A program made the translations under genes and the position numbers. From positions 231,663 to 295,662 of the forward strand of contig MCFH01000064.1 of NCBI GenBank assembly GCA_002104945.1: a stretch of 64,000 bases of DNA. The letters run 5' to 3'. The notes beneath the pieces are model-generated. The model had not been told where the DNA came from. It worked only from the letters and a program-made list of their open reading frames with translations, and searched no databases. This document shows, in pieces, positions 37,265 through 51,423 of this stretch (positions within the stretch are counted from its first letter, which is position 1; every line of letters begins with the position of its first letter). The stretch comes from Piromyces finnis finn (taxonomy: Eukaryota; Fungi; Neocallimastigomycota).

Positions 37265-38548
37265 ATGTATATAAATCAAAAGAATATAATACCTTCTAGT
37301 AAGGTGGAAAAAAGACAATATAATAATTATTGGCAAGGAAGCACTGATAATGGAAATAGTTATTGGCAAGGAAATGATAATAGTAATGATAACAGTTATT
37401 GGCAAGGTAGTAGTAATAATCAAAATAATGATTATTGGAATGGAAATAGTAACAGCGGAGTAAATACAAATACTGTTAATAATGCTGTTAATGAAAATAA
37501 AAATAAAGATATAAGATATTGGAAGGATGAAAGTAGTAACAATAATGATTATTGGCAAGGAAATAATAATAATTATTGGGTTGATAAAAGTAATCCTTCC
37601 TCTTCCTCTTCCTCTTCCACCTCATCAAATAATAGTAATGGAAATAGTTCAAAACCTAAAACACCAACTAAAGCAACAGTTAATAAAACGACAGTATCCT
37701 CTGCTAAACCAACAACTGTTCAATCTGTTAGTACCAATAATTCTAATAAAAATGAAAATAAACATATTAATGTTAACCCAAGTATTAATAATTCAAAATC
37801 TACAACCCCACCTACTACTAATCAAAATAATAATAACTCTGCAGTATCTGCTGCTGCAGCTTCAAGTGTTGGAGCTATGAATTCAAATTACAATACCAAT
37901 TCTAATACCGCCAATACTTATTCTAATGCAGCTAATCCAAATCCAAATACCATTACTGATGCAGGTAATAGTAATTTTGGATCCACCATAGATAACAATA
38001 CACCTCCTGATAATTTTGAAAATGTTCCAATGGAATTAAATGGTTTTGATAATAATAATAATAATAATAGTAATATTTCTAATGTTTCTAGAAACAGTAA
38101 TATAGCAAATACTGAAAATGCCTCTTCCACTCAAAAATCTAATCCTTATACTGTTATGACAGGTATTTTTTGTATCATTACTATCTTCATTTTGGGTTCC
38201 ATATACATTGTTCATAAAAAGAAACTTTTTGCTAAGGAAGCCGATGCTAATAATAGAATAATAGCAAATGATGTAATGGCAACCTATCAAAAAATGGATC
38301 CTTCACCAGTAAAAAATACCACTGAACCTACTGTCTATGTTAGTCCAAGTGTCACTGATCGTATTATTAATCCAAATGAATCGCATATCACAATAAACCA
38401 TGATTCGAATAACAAAAGTGGTGAAATAAATTTATCTAGTAGTAGTATAGATGATGTACAACAATCGGTTATGGATACTTATCAAGATATTGTAGTTTAT
38501 TCTCAAAATCTCTCAGAAGATGCCATAAATAAAACGTTGGAAAAATAA
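37265..38548 (+). CDS. Single-pass membrane protein with YWQG repeats (array gene I)
   Basis: 427 aa. VEKR motif, seven YW motifs (mostly YWQG) in Asn-rich context, S/T/N stalk, TM, then HKKKLFAKEA...ANDVMATYQKM. Confidence 0.87.
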   Translation: MYINQKNIIPSSKVEKRQYNNYWQGSTDNGNSYWQGNDNSNDNSYWQGSSNNQNNDYWNGNSNSGVNTNTVNNAVNENKNKDIRYWKDESSNNNDYWQGNNNNYWVDKSNPSSSSSSSTSSNNSNGNSSKPKTPTKATVNKTTVSSAKPTTVQSVSTNNSNKNENKHINVNPSINNSKSTTPPTTNQNNNNSAVSAAAASSVGAMNSNYNTNSNTANTYSNAANPNPNTITDAGNSNFGSTIDNNTPPDNFENVPMELNGFDNNNNNNSNISNVSRNSNIANTENASSTQKSNPYTVMTGIFCIITIFILGSIYIVHKKKLFAKEADANNRIIANDVMATYQKMDPSPVKNTTEPTVYVSPSVTDRIINPNESHITINHDSNNKSGEINLSSSSIDDVQQSVMDTYQDIVVYSQNLSEDAINKTLEK

Positions 38549-38674
38549 AGAAAAATTGAATAATAACCTTATTCAACAAATAATAAATAAGAAATAGAAA
38601 TTAACCTCTTTTTTTTTAAAAAAAAAAAGAAAAAAAAAAAGTAAAAGGAAAACATCATTAACAAATAATAAATA

Positions 38675-38800
38675 GTAATAGAAATTGACTTTTTTTTTTA
38701 ATTATTAGAAAACCCAAAAGTAATAGAATTGACTTTTTTTTTTAATTATTAAAAAACCCAAAAGTAATAGAAATTGACTTTTTTTAATTACTAGAAAATA
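38675..38800. repeat. ~45-bp tandem repeat, ~3 copies, downstream of gene I
   Basis: Unit agtaataga(a)attgacttttttttt-aattatta(g/a)aaaacccaaa, with no unique spacers. Confidence 0.8.
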
Positions 38801-41338
38801 AAAAAAAAGTCAACAAGTAGTAATACATAGTAATAGAAGTTATCTTTTTTTAACAAAAAAAAAAAAAAAAAAAAAAAAGGACATTTACCATAAAGTAATT
38901 AATTATTTATTATAGAGTAAATTTTATATAGAGATATTAATAATGTAGATACCACCATGAACAATAATATATGAAATATTATTTGTTTTTTTTTTTTTAT
39001 TATCAAAAAAATTTTTTTATTTCATTATTAGTTTTTATATAATAAATACAAAGGTAAATAAAACTTTTTTTTTTTAAAAAAAAGGGAAATAATAATTAAA
39101 AAAAAAAAAAAAAGTTAATAAAAAAAAGTAAAAAAGAACAAAAAAAAAAAAAAATAGGAATGAAAAAGTGTAGACGATTAATTTATTATCAATAAAGGAA
39201 TAGTTAAAAGTATAGATAAATTTTGATTTTATTATAAGAAAGAATGTAAAATATACTTTTTTTTTGCATTTCTTGGTTAAAGAATATTAATAATATTTCA
39301 TATTTTTTTTCATGATCCATCATTCACCAATTCCTATAAAATAAAGTTAAAATTTTCTCCTACATTCTATAATTAAAAGAAAAAACAAAACGTTTCAAGA
39401 TTTTTTTCAATTCTTTTCATGTTGAAAGATTGAACATATTTTGTCTAAAAAAGTAAATTCATCTTTTATTAAAATTCCTTTATTTGGTTAAAATTTGTTT
39501 ATTATAAAAAAGTATAAATAAATATAAATAGAATTATGGTGTGACACACTGTACTATTATAATGTTTCATTATTATATTCATTTTTTAAAATTTAGAAAA
39601 TTTAGAATGTACTTGATAATAGATAATGTATTACATTATGTATCACTAGAATACAATAATGTTTACATTAAATTAAAAATGTTTATAATGTATACATATA
39701 ATGAAAGGTTATAAAAATACAGAATTTTACATCTATTACTTAAAATTCTATAGTATATAATAGGAAATTTTTCTTTAGATGAAAAATTCCGCCGTATAAA
39801 TCATTTTTTATGTTATTTTTACTATTAATATTTAATAAAAGTTTATATGCTTTTTTATATAATTCAATAGTTTTTAGTAGTTAATGATGAAAGTATTATT
39901 TATATCTTTATTTCTTTTTTTTTTTTCTTTTACCTGATATTTTTAATAATGTCTGTATCAAGACTTTATTAATTCTTTTTTTTTTTCTCTTCCTCTTTAT
40001 TTATTTATTACTTTTAAAAGAAAAATAAATATATTAAAAAGATTTTGATATTAGTATCATTAATAATTATATATATAATATAAATATTCAATTTCTATTA
40101 TTATTAAGTATTTAATTTCTATTATTATTTAATATTTTGTCATTATTATTTTATTACAATGATATCAAATTAATATTTTGATCATGATATGCTTATTAGA
40201 AAATAAAAAATTCTCTTATTATAAAAGTATTTAAAAGTACGGCTAGAAATCTGTTTTTATTCCGCTAATATCTATTTCATAAATCATATAATTGAATAAT
40301 TTATTTCATTTAAAAGGTATTAAAAATTTATTATTTTTAATTCAACAAATAAACCTATTTTTCATGATTTATTTAGTAATCTTGTATACAGTACTATTCT
40401 ACAATTTAATGAATTATTTTTTTTACCTAGATAATCAAATATATAATAATTATTAATAATAATGATAGTAAATTCTTCTTTGCAATGTAATTTAATTCTT
40501 TAATGTAAAACATAAATTCTATCTAAATTAGTGTGATGAAAAATTTCTAAAATAACAACAACAAAAAAAAAAACCAAAACAGATACATACCGTTATTTTA
40601 AATAATAATAAAAAAAAAAAAAATTAAAATTATATTTAATAAACTTTGTAAAGATAAAAAAAAAATTATTATTAATTATTTATTATTTTTTTTTTATTTA
40701 TTTCATTATAAATTTTTTATTTAATAAAAAAAAAATAAATTAAAAAAGAAAAAATGAATTTGTTTAAAAAAAAATGAATAACAATGAATGGAATGAACAT
40801 TTTTTATGATTAATAAAATAAATTAAAAAATAAATTAAAAATTTGATTAAACCTATTAAGATCATTGTTGTATTAATCTGTCGTAAGAATCCATTGATGA
40901 ATAAAACTATCAAAAAGTCAATTATAAAAAAAATATTAATTATTAAAGTTTCTTATTTTGGAATACTAAATTAATTATAATGTTACACATATGTAATTAA
41001 ATAAAAACTAATAATGAAAAATAAATGAATTTTATATTTAATCTAACCTATTTAAAAAAAATATAAATTGTATATTTTTCCTTTTTTTTTTTTTTATTTA
41101 GATTCCTTTTATATTTTTTTTTTTTTATAATTTAATTATTTAAAAAAAAAGGTAAAAAGAGGAAAATTGTAAATATTTACGTACTAAATAAATAAATAGA
41201 AAATCAATCGACAATAAATATCTGAACTATTAAACCATTTCTTTTTTTAAAATATTATGATATTTTAAAAATAAGCAATAAACAAACGATATCGTTTTAC
41301 AAATTTGTATAAAAATAATAGAATATATTGATAAAAAA

Positions 41339-42586
41339 ATGTATATAAACAATCCTGATTTTTCTAAAAAACTTCAACCGGTTCAATGGAATAAAAACAA
41401 TGATAATGATAATGTCTATACTATTGGAAGAAGAGATGTAGTCGAAGATATTATAAATATAATAATTAATGAAATAACTAATAGAAGTCGGAAAAGTAAT
41501 TGGGATAATAAAGGACCTATTAATGATTATTATAATGTACCTCCTGAAGTTTATCAAAATAACAAACCTCAATCCCAACCTCAAACGAACAACAACAGCA
41601 ACAATAATAACAATTATAATAATAATAATAACAATAATTTCAATAACAATAACAACTATAATAGTAACAGTAATAATAGCAATAACAATAACAACTATAA
41701 CAGTAACAGTAATAATAGCAATAACAATAATAATGTATATAAAACAATTGTAAAACCAAAACCAACACAAGTTATTAAGACACCAGCACCAACACCGACA
41801 CCAGCGTCACCTGAAACTATAAATAATACTGTTTCTGAGGCAGATAGCTCAACAAAAAGTATTGACCATAAAAATAAAATTAATGAAAAGACAAATGATG
41901 ATACTACTAATACAGATAAGAACATAACCAATACTAAAAGTTTAGAAAATGAAGCTCCTGTAGATGATTTTAATGAAAATGAACCAATTGAACCTTTAAA
42001 TAATGATTTTGAAATATCTAGTGTTAGTAATTCAACCAACGAATCCAGCCTACTGACATTAAATAATAAAAATATAGCAAACAAGAGTAATATCTCTACC
42101 AGCACTAACTCTAACAATGACAATCAAAAATCTATATCATTTATTAATGTTTTCACCATTATCATTTCTATTTTCACGGTATTTATTTTGGGTGCTGTCA
42201 TTTATGTTCATAAAAAAAAGTTATATTCCAAGGAAGCCAATTTAAAACATGAAAATGTGACAGCCAACGATGTCATGACTACCTATCAAAACATGACAAC
42301 AACGTCTTCTTCGACTACCGGATATACCGAGTTAATTAAAAAAGATAAAAAAAATCAACCTTTAGAAAATTATCAAAATCCATTGATTCATTCTAATCCT
42401 TCCACTGACAATGCCACGCTTAATTATTCAACACATACTAATTCACCTCTTTTAAACGCAGCCTATCCCTTACCCACCACTACCGTAGCAATACCAGATC
42501 AAGCTTTATATTCTCAGATTGAAACAAATCCCCAAAACTATCCAAATCCCCAAACCTATTCCTCATTAAATCGTCCTACATATTAA
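41339..42586 (+). CDS. Single-pass membrane protein, paralog of gene I (array gene J)
   Basis: 415 aa. MYIN start, IGRR motif, Asn-rich repeat, TM, then HKKKLYSKEA...ANDVMTTYQNM, which matches gene I. Confidence 0.87.
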   Translation: MYINNPDFSKKLQPVQWNKNNDNDNVYTIGRRDVVEDIINIIINEITNRSRKSNWDNKGPINDYYNVPPEVYQNNKPQSQPQTNNNSNNNNNYNNNNNNNFNNNNNYNSNSNNSNNNNNYNSNSNNSNNNNNVYKTIVKPKPTQVIKTPAPTPTPASPETINNTVSEADSSTKSIDHKNKINEKTNDDTTNTDKNITNTKSLENEAPVDDFNENEPIEPLNNDFEISSVSNSTNESSLLTLNNKNIANKSNISTSTNSNNDNQKSISFINVFTIIISIFTVFILGAVIYVHKKKLYSKEANLKHENVTANDVMTTYQNMTTTSSSTTGYTELIKKDKKNQPLENYQNPLIHSNPSTDNATLNYSTHTNSPLLNAAYPLPTTTVAIPDQALYSQIETNPQNYPNPQTYSSLNRPTY

Positions 42587-45500
42587 AAACAAACAAGCAC
42601 CAAAATAAGTTAATGAATCAATACATTATTTTTATTCTATTTATTCATCCAATGCACTTTTTAATTTCCACTTAATATTTATAAATATTATCGAATCTGA
42701 GTAATAGAAATAGAAAATAGGAATCATAATCCATATATTCAAATTTAATGTTCAAAAAACCAATTATTTATTAATGTAAATAGAAAGAAATATATAATAC
42801 TACAATACTATTGCCGACTAAAAATAAACTATAAACAGCAACATTTTTTTTTCTAAATATATTATACTAAATATGTATAATAAATAGGAAATAAAACTCT
42901 GTTCCTATACTATATCATTTTTGAAAGTAGATATTATAACTAAAATAAATTGTATTAAATAATAAATATTTATTAAATATTTAATAAATTATTGTTTATT
43001 CTATGACTATCAATGGATTTCTTTGTTTCAATTTTTTTTTTTTTTTTTTTTAAATTTTTAAACCAAAGTCTTTTTTTTATTGAATTCCAAAAAAAAAAAA
43101 AAAAAAAATGATACCTTGTTTTATCGTGTATGAATTATTGGAAAAGTATTGGTTCATTCCATTATCATTTTTAAAAAAACTAGCATTACCTTTTTTTTTT
43201 AATTATTATTATTAATTAATTAATAATGGTTTAATTTATTTATTTATTTTTTTTTTCGAGGTTTCTATTTCTATATTTGAAATAAAGTTATTCAAATCCT
43301 TCTAATTTATTTATTTTTTTGGTTAAAAAAAAAAAAAAATAATATTGGTTAAATTTTTGATATATTGTTTCAAATTGAAAAAAAAAAAAAAAGCTTGGAC
43401 CGTAATTGTTAGCAGTAAAACCAAATCATAATTCAATAAATAGTCAATCTTGAATAAAATTACAGTAATATGACTATTGTATTAATGAATTTTATTATTA
43501 TATATTACATATTATGTATTATGCATTATTTTTTTTTAAAAAAAAAGAATATAAAAATAAACAATTTCTTTTCTTTTTTTTCCTTTATATCTATTAATAT
43601 TATGACTTTATTAACAAATAAATTTTTTAATACAAATATTTTTTGAAATCATAAAAATTAGATTCAGTAGGATTACAAGACCTTTTTTTATTATTTATAG
43701 AAAAAACTATGATGATCAACAACAAATTAATAAAGATAATAATAATCATTAAACGTTAGCACCAACTATTCTTTCTATTATTAATTCCATAAAGAAAGAA
43801 AGAAAAGTCTCATTTAAATAAATAAACAAACAAATAAATAAAAAAAAAAAGGTTTTTTTTTTTCCCAATATTTTAATTCATTTTTGTTAAAGGATCATCA
43901 TACTCTAGGCTCTAGATTTAATTATAAACGGCAGATTTCAAACCATTTTAAATAGATCATTTATTTTCCATATATGGTCATTTTTAATAATTTAAAGTTC
44001 GGCTTATTCATTTCAAATAATAATTAATTTATTCTATAATAAATAAAATAAACAATGAATTTACCAAGAACTATTCCTAAAAAAAAAAAAAAAAACTACC
44101 ATTAATACAACTACCCATTAATCCTACTCTGTCTAATGAATTAAAAAAAAAAAAAAAAAATCATACCATATTTTTATATATAAAGTCATATTACATGGCA
44201 ATAATTAATTATAAATAAAGTTTAATATTATTTACTTTATTTTTTAATTTAAAGTTTAATTAATACTATAATAGATTTATTATTTATTATCCATAATTCT
44301 TTCTTTTATTTTTAGTTTTTTAGAAATACATGTTATCTAGGGTAATGAAAAATAAAATAGAAATATAATAGAGTATTTATTATATCTATTTTATATAATT
44401 ATATAAATAGTATTTTAGGGAAAAAAAAAACGACATTTAAACATATATTAATGGTAATAGTTTATAAATAATAATGTTTCTTCCAAGTAAGTGAATTACA
44501 AAGAAACAAAACTAATTTATTTTTAAATTAAAATATTTTTATTTATTAATTAATTATTATTATTTAATGATCCTTTCTTTTTTATTAATTAATTAATTAT
44601 TATTATTTCATTTCATTTCTTTTTTAAAACTACTACCGCCGTAATAGGCATCCCATAAACCAATCATTTTATGAAATAAAATAAAATAAAAACTTTGTAA
44701 CACTACTAAACTATCAATAATAATTACTATATTAATGTAGTATCAATTAAATTGTAAATTAAATAGGCCTAAAGATAAAAAAAAAAAAAAAAAGTAGTCG
44801 TTTTTCCTTATTTTTTTTTCTTCTTACCCTTCCCTACCTTACCTATCTCCAAAAGAAAAAAAGCCTAGAAATTTTAATCAATGTGCGTCATTTTGACTAT
44901 TCACAAACCAACCAATCAACCAAATCAAATCGTTCTAAATTACATTCTTTTTATTACGTGTACTATTTTATTGGAAGAAAATAATGTACATAAATTATTT
45001 ATAAGAAATAATTCCACTTTTCATAGAATTCACTGCCCATCATCCTGTCTTTTACAATATGTAATAGGTAAAATTAAGGGGGTTTAGCAACATTTTTAAT
45101 GACTTAGCCTTTACATTATTATTATGGATACAATGTATCATCCTATGGAAATCCTTTTTTTTTTTTTGATGTGTACCATTCATAAAAATCTTTTTTAAAC
45201 TATGGCGGTTAAAAGTATAATAGCAAAATATCTTTTAAAAAATGTAATTTAAAAGATTCACTAATTTTTTTTAAAAACATTTGAATGACAAATTAAATTT
45301 ATATAATTCTAGTGTAATAAAAGGAAGGAATAAAAAACCAAATAGAAATTTATTATAGAGCCAACGATTAAAGTAATAAAAAAAAGAGACACTTTCAATT
45401 AATGTGATTAAAGGTGTATTTAAAATGTAGTTCACCATGACAGCTACAATTACATTCTATAGATTATTATAAACATTTTATATATCAGCCACATTTTATA

Positions 45501-46304
45501 ATTAGATTTTCAATCGTAGTTGGATGAATTTAAATTAGCATTTTTTTATATTAAAGTTTATTTATATATAATAAAGTTAATATATTATTCTATCTGATTG
45601 TAGTCGAGGAAATTATTTTATTAATATTATCATATATTAATATTATATGAATTAATCTACAAAAATAATTTCATCATCTTTTTTTTAATAAAAATTATTA
45701 GCTCATTTCAATGAAAATCAATTATTATTGTATATTACAATACAATGTAATATATCATCAATTCTTTATTGATTTTCCATTTGTATTCTTCTATTTTATT
45801 TATTATAAAATAAATATATTAGAATATATATTAATAAATAATACTATATTAACCAATTAATAAAATAAAAAATTAATTTTATTAAATCATTCATTTAAAA
45901 TTATTTAAATAAATTAATTATTCACTTTTTTTTTAAAAAAATTTATTAAAATTTTTTTTCTTACTTTCCATTTTAATACACCCACCACTTTTTTATTATT
46001 AGGCAGGTCGATCCTTGTGCTTTTTAATAAAAAAAATTTTTTTAAAGTCAAAAAAAAAAAAAGAAAATCCTTTTTTTCTATTTAAAAACCTTGCTAATAA
46101 AAAAGAAGAAAGAGGTAAATATTAATTTTTAACCTATTTATAGAAAAGAGTTGTAATAATAATAATAAATAAAAAGAAATAGTGTTTCTTTTTTATTTTT
46201 TTGTAAAGCCAAAATTTTGTATCAATTCTACCACCAATAATAAAAAAAAGAATAAAAAATGGCATATGAAAAAGAAAAATAAATTTATATTAAATATTAA
46301 ATCA

Positions 46305-46478
46305 ATCAATACATATATAAATAAATAAATAGATAAATAAATAAATAAATAAATAATTAGATAAATAAATAAATAAATAAATAGATACATAAATAAATAA
46401 ATAAATAAATAGATACATAAATAAATAGATACATAAATAAATAAATAAATAAATGGATACATAAATAAATACATAAAT
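46305..46478. repeat. (AAAT)n / atagatacataaataa minisatellite
   Basis: Direct reading. It explains the spurious YLFIYLF ORF at 46193-46474. Confidence 0.85.
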
Positions 46479-47605
46479 AGTTTTTATAATAGTTATTATA
46501 TAATTAAGTAGCTATTTTATAAATAATAAATAGATAGATAATAGTTTTTATATAATAGTTGTTCTATGATATTGATATAATAAGTAATTATTTATACATT
46601 TATACCAAGCAACAGCAACAATAACAACAACACCTTTGTTACATTAAAAAGGGATCAAAAATGTGAAAATTTTAAAAAAATAATTTTTTACTTAATAAAG
46701 AAATTTTATAATCAATATTCACCATATATTACAGTATAATCAAAATAAAATTAATATATTAAACTATAAAAATTTTTAAACACAAATAGATTAAAAAATA
46801 ATAAATCTATTATTATATATTATAAATAAATTTAAATAATAAATTATAATTAAATGAAATAAAATATAAATTATTTTATAATAAACTTTACTATATATTA
46901 ATTATATGAAAGATAGAAAAATAGAAAGTTTTTTTTTTTTTTTTTTTTTTTCCTTTACACAACAAAAGTTAACACTTTAAAGTTTGAATTTTTTTTTCTT
47001 TACAACTAAAAAATAAAAAAAAAGTAAATACAAAACAAAAAAAAGAGATAAAATAAATAAATAATAATTTTTATTTTATACCTTTTTTTAAGTTAAAAAA
47101 AAAAGTTCCCTTTATATATAAAAAAATATAAAAAAAAAACGAATAACAAGAAAGAAAAACAAAAACGTTATTTAAATAAATAAATAAAGTTCAATATAAA
47201 AATAAAAGATATAATAAAAAATAAACAAAAATCAAAACAAATACATTATTATTTAGTTTTTAAGAAAAAAAATAATATTCAAATTTTTTATATTATAATA
47301 TTTATATAAGTAAGTTTTATACTACATGATCAAAACAATAAAAAATATATATATATTTCTATATAAAAAAAACTAGTTATGGAAAATGGTTAAACAATAA
47401 TGAGTAGTAGATAGAAATAGTAGTAGTAGCAAAGAAATCAATAAATGAATAAATCAATGGATAAATGAATGCATCAATTGAAAAACAAAATAATAGAATG
47501 AAAAAAAAAAATTATTAAAAAAAATAAATAAATATTAAATATATATTTATTTTTATATTTATTATTATTATTATAATATATGTATATAGTTTTTATCAAG
47601 TAAAC

Positions 47606-48961
47606 ATGATTGAATACATCAAGGACAGTGATATCAAATCTTTAAAAAAGTACAAATACAGTAGTGTTGATAAGTCACTCATTCAAAAGTACATCTTAAA
47701 TCCATATTGGTGTTGGCTTGTTGAAAAAGTTCCATTATGGGTTGCTCCAAACTTGATTACCTTGTCTGGATTTATGTTTATGGTATTCAGTGTTGCTATG
47801 TTACTTGTATATGGTTCAAATTGGGAACAAGTTCCAGGATGGCTTTATATTAGTTGGGGTATTAATCTTTTCATTTATCAAAGTTTAGATGCTATTGATG
47901 GTAAACAAGCTAGACGTACTGGTAGTAGTGGTCCACTTGGTGAACTTTTTGACCATGGTTGTGATGCTCTTAATACCACTTTAGCTTTCATTTGTATCTT
48001 ATCTGCTCTTGGTATTGGAAAATCTTTACTCTGTGTATTTACCATTTTAGCTGCTTTAACTAACTTTTATGTTTCTTCCTGGGAAACTTACCACACTCAC
48101 ACTCTTTTCTTATCTTATGTCAGTGGTCCAGTTGAAGGTATTTTATCTGGTTGTTTACTCCTTATAATTACTGGTATCGCTGGCCCACAATTCTGGAGTC
48201 AAACTGCAAACCAATTATTCGGTACTTCAAATGAAAACTTAAACTTCCCATTATACATTTTTGTTTGTTCTCTTATTGGCGTATTAGCTATTTTCAATGT
48301 TGTTTGTTCTTCTATCAACGTTGTTAACTACACCAAGGGTCATAATGAAAGTTTAGCTAAGAAAACTATTGGTCTTATTCCACATGTTTTCCTTTGTAGT
48401 TTTATTATGTTATGGACTAAGTCATCTTCTACTTTAATTGAAAATAACTTAATTCCATTCTTTTTATTTATTGGTTTCTGCTTTGGTCATCAAGTTGGTT
48501 TAATTATCTTAAACCATGTTGCCAAAAAGTCATTCCCATACTGGAACCGTATGTACAATCTTGTTCTTGTTGCTGGTTTAACTTGTATGTCTGTATCCAC
48601 TGATTTTGTTGGTCTTGCTCAAAAGTACGGTATTAACTTATTTAGTTCATTAATTAAGGCTCAAAACTACCGTGATGCTATTATTGATTTATTGAAGGGT
48701 GAAGGATTAAATGTTGCCGTCTTTGAACGTTACGTTATGTGGGGATTAGTCGTTATTTCCTTCATGATGTACATGGAATTTGCTTTATACGTTATCAACC
48801 GCTTATGTGGTATATTTGATATCAATTGCTTATCTATTAAACATCCAAAGACTAACAACGCTGTTGCTGAAAAACCTGTATACACTGTTGGTGTTGATGG
48901 AAAGAAATTAATTTCACCAGAATCACCATTAGTTAGCAGAAGAAGAAGAAATAGAATGTAA
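47606..48961 (+). CDS. EPT1: Choline/ethanolamine phosphotransferase (CDP-alcohol phosphotransferase, CPT1/EPT1 type)
   Basis: YKYSSVDKS, APNLITL and the CDP-alcohol motif DAIDGKQARRTGSSGPLGELFDHGCD; multiple TM helices. Choline versus ethanolamine specificity cannot be resolved from the sequence. Confidence 0.93.
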   Translation: MIEYIKDSDIKSLKKYKYSSVDKSLIQKYILNPYWCWLVEKVPLWVAPNLITLSGFMFMVFSVAMLLVYGSNWEQVPGWLYISWGINLFIYQSLDAIDGKQARRTGSSGPLGELFDHGCDALNTTLAFICILSALGIGKSLLCVFTILAALTNFYVSSWETYHTHTLFLSYVSGPVEGILSGCLLLIITGIAGPQFWSQTANQLFGTSNENLNFPLYIFVCSLIGVLAIFNVVCSSINVVNYTKGHNESLAKKTIGLIPHVFLCSFIMLWTKSSSTLIENNLIPFFLFIGFCFGHQVGLIILNHVAKKSFPYWNRMYNLVLVAGLTCMSVSTDFVGLAQKYGINLFSSLIKAQNYRDAIIDLLKGEGLNVAVFERYVMWGLVVISFMMYMEFALYVINRLCGIFDINCLSIKHPKTNNAVAEKPVYTVGVDGKKLISPESPLVSRRRRNRM

Positions 48962-49888
48962 ATTACCAAAAAAAAAAAGCATCAATCTACGTAAAAAAAA
49001 ATCAACATAAAAAAATAGAAAATTATATTTAATCCTTTTTTTTATTTTACGAAAAAAAGTATTTTAAATTAAAAAACATTCCCACGTACATACAATCAAT
49101 ATCAAAATTCAACTTTTAATATTTTAGATTAATAAAGATACCCTTCACTCTTTTTTTTTTTTTTTGAAAATAGAATTATATAATTGAAAAGAGTACACTA
49201 ATAATAACACACATATACGAAAGAAAAAGAAAAAAAAAAAAGAAAAAGAAAAATTTTAATAGGGATAAAATAATATATCATGAATATAATAATTTTTATC
49301 TTTTTTTTTTTTTTTTTAAGAAAATTTATCACTTATCAATGCGAGTATTACCAAAATTTTTATAAATATTATATATATAGTTAAAAAAATTGATTATCTA
49401 TATTAAAAATTAATGTTATATATTTAATATCCTATATATAAAAAAATTATATATATAAAAACTTTTACAAACTAAATAAAAGTAAAAAAAAAAAAAAAAA
49501 ACTTTTTTTTTATTTATATTAAAATAATTATTGACAAGAAGGAAAATTTTTGATAATATTAATGGAGGAGGATACAAGAATAATGATGATGGGAGGGTTG
49601 AATTAAAATTGAAGAAAATATAAAAAATTTGAGATTTTATAAAGTGTGGCAAAGGAGAAGCAGAGGATTTAATGGAATAATGGAATTCATGGATAGTAAT
49701 AGAAGATATAGAATAATTATATAAATAACAATGTATAATTTAGGGAAAGAAGAAGTATAATTGGAGAATAAAAAAAGAAAGAAAATAATACAACAATATA
49801 TTCTATTATTATTTTCTTTTTACATTTTATAAACTAATTTGTTGTAAAAAAAAAAACACTCCATGAATGAGAAAAACAAGAATTTAAG

Positions 49889-49919
<31 letters not shown>

Positions 49920-51423
49920 TTTTTTATGGTTTATTAAAAAAAAACCTTTTAAGCATAAAAAAAAAAATTAATTAAAAACTATAAAAATTGGTAAAATCAA
50001 ACAAAACCAAAAACAAAAAACCAAAAACGAAAACAAAAAATAAAAATAAAATTTATTCAAACGTAAAATAAAAATAATAATAATAATAAAATAATATAAA
50101 GAAAAAAGCATGTTTTTTAATATTTGTTTTTATAAATAACTAAATAACTAAAATAAATAAAAAAATAAAAAAAATATGTTTTCCATATTATTATTGGGAA
50201 TTATTTAAAACTTTTTTTTTTTTTAATAGAAATTTTAGTGTTCCATTATTACCTTTTGATATATTATAAAATTTCATCTAAAAATTTTATTATTTATTCT
50301 ACTTTTGAAAAGGTTTTTTTTTGAACATTTTAATTTATATATAAAGAAAGAATGAAATTATCTATTTATATTAAAGATATATTCTATGACTTTTTTTGTA
50401 TGCTTTTTTTTTTCTTTGTAACAAAATATCAAATGCATTTTATTTTATTACATTTACAAATAAACTTTTATAAAATTTAAGATTTTAAAATATTCATAAA
50501 GTTTTTTTTTTTATTTATATAAAAAGAAAAAAAAGGAAAAATAATTTTTTTTCCTCTTTACAAAATATATTTTTAATTTTTATTCGACTAAAAAAAAAAA
50601 AAAAAAGAAGCAAATAGTAAACAATTTTTATTCCTTGTTAATATTATAAAAGTAAACTTTATATATTTATACTGTAATAAAATTTGTTTGTATTTATATG
50701 AGAGGAAAGAATAGGCATATTATAATTTATTAAAAAGGGTTTTTTTTTCTATTTACTATCATTGTTATTGTTATTGTTATTTTAATTTAATACTCTGGAA
50801 ATATAGTTGTAGATAATTCACTTTTTTTTTTTTAATAACAATTTATAAAATGTTGTTACAAAATAAAAAATGAATAAAAAAAATAGAAAAATCTTTTTTA
50901 ATTATTTACTTTCTATTTTTGGCAATATCCACATTTTAATTTTTTTTTTTAAAAAAAAAAAAAAGTGTTAAAACAATTAGTGAACCTACTACTAACTTAT
51001 ATTATTATTCTTTCTTTAATATATAATTTTTAAAGGGAAAAACAATATTCTTTTTATAATATCTTTTTCTTCTTTAATAAACAAAAAAAAAAAAAAAGAA
51101 GAAAGAAAAAAAATAAAAGTATTAACAAATACTAAAATCAATATTAAATGTAAAATAGGCTGAAAATTTTTATTAATTTTTTTATAAAGCTATTATTTTT
51201 CTTTTATATTTTTTTTAAAAAAAGAAAAAAAAAAAAACAAATTAAAAAAAAAAAGGTAAATAATAAAAACCAATAACAACAATAACAACAATAACAACAA
51301 TAATAAAAAAAATAGCACAATTAAATAAAAAAAAACAACACAAAAACAATTAAAATAATAAAAAAAAAAGTTTTTTTTTTTCTCAAAGGTTTCTTTTAAA
51401 AATACTTTATTCATATTAAAAAA

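Noticed and set aside
38675-38800. CRISPR-like repeat
   Set aside because: Units are contiguous with no unique spacers, there are no cas genes, and the context is eukaryotic.
44881-45087. 68-aa ORF in the 5-kb gap before EPT1
   Set aside because: No recognisable motif, codon pattern or splice partners.
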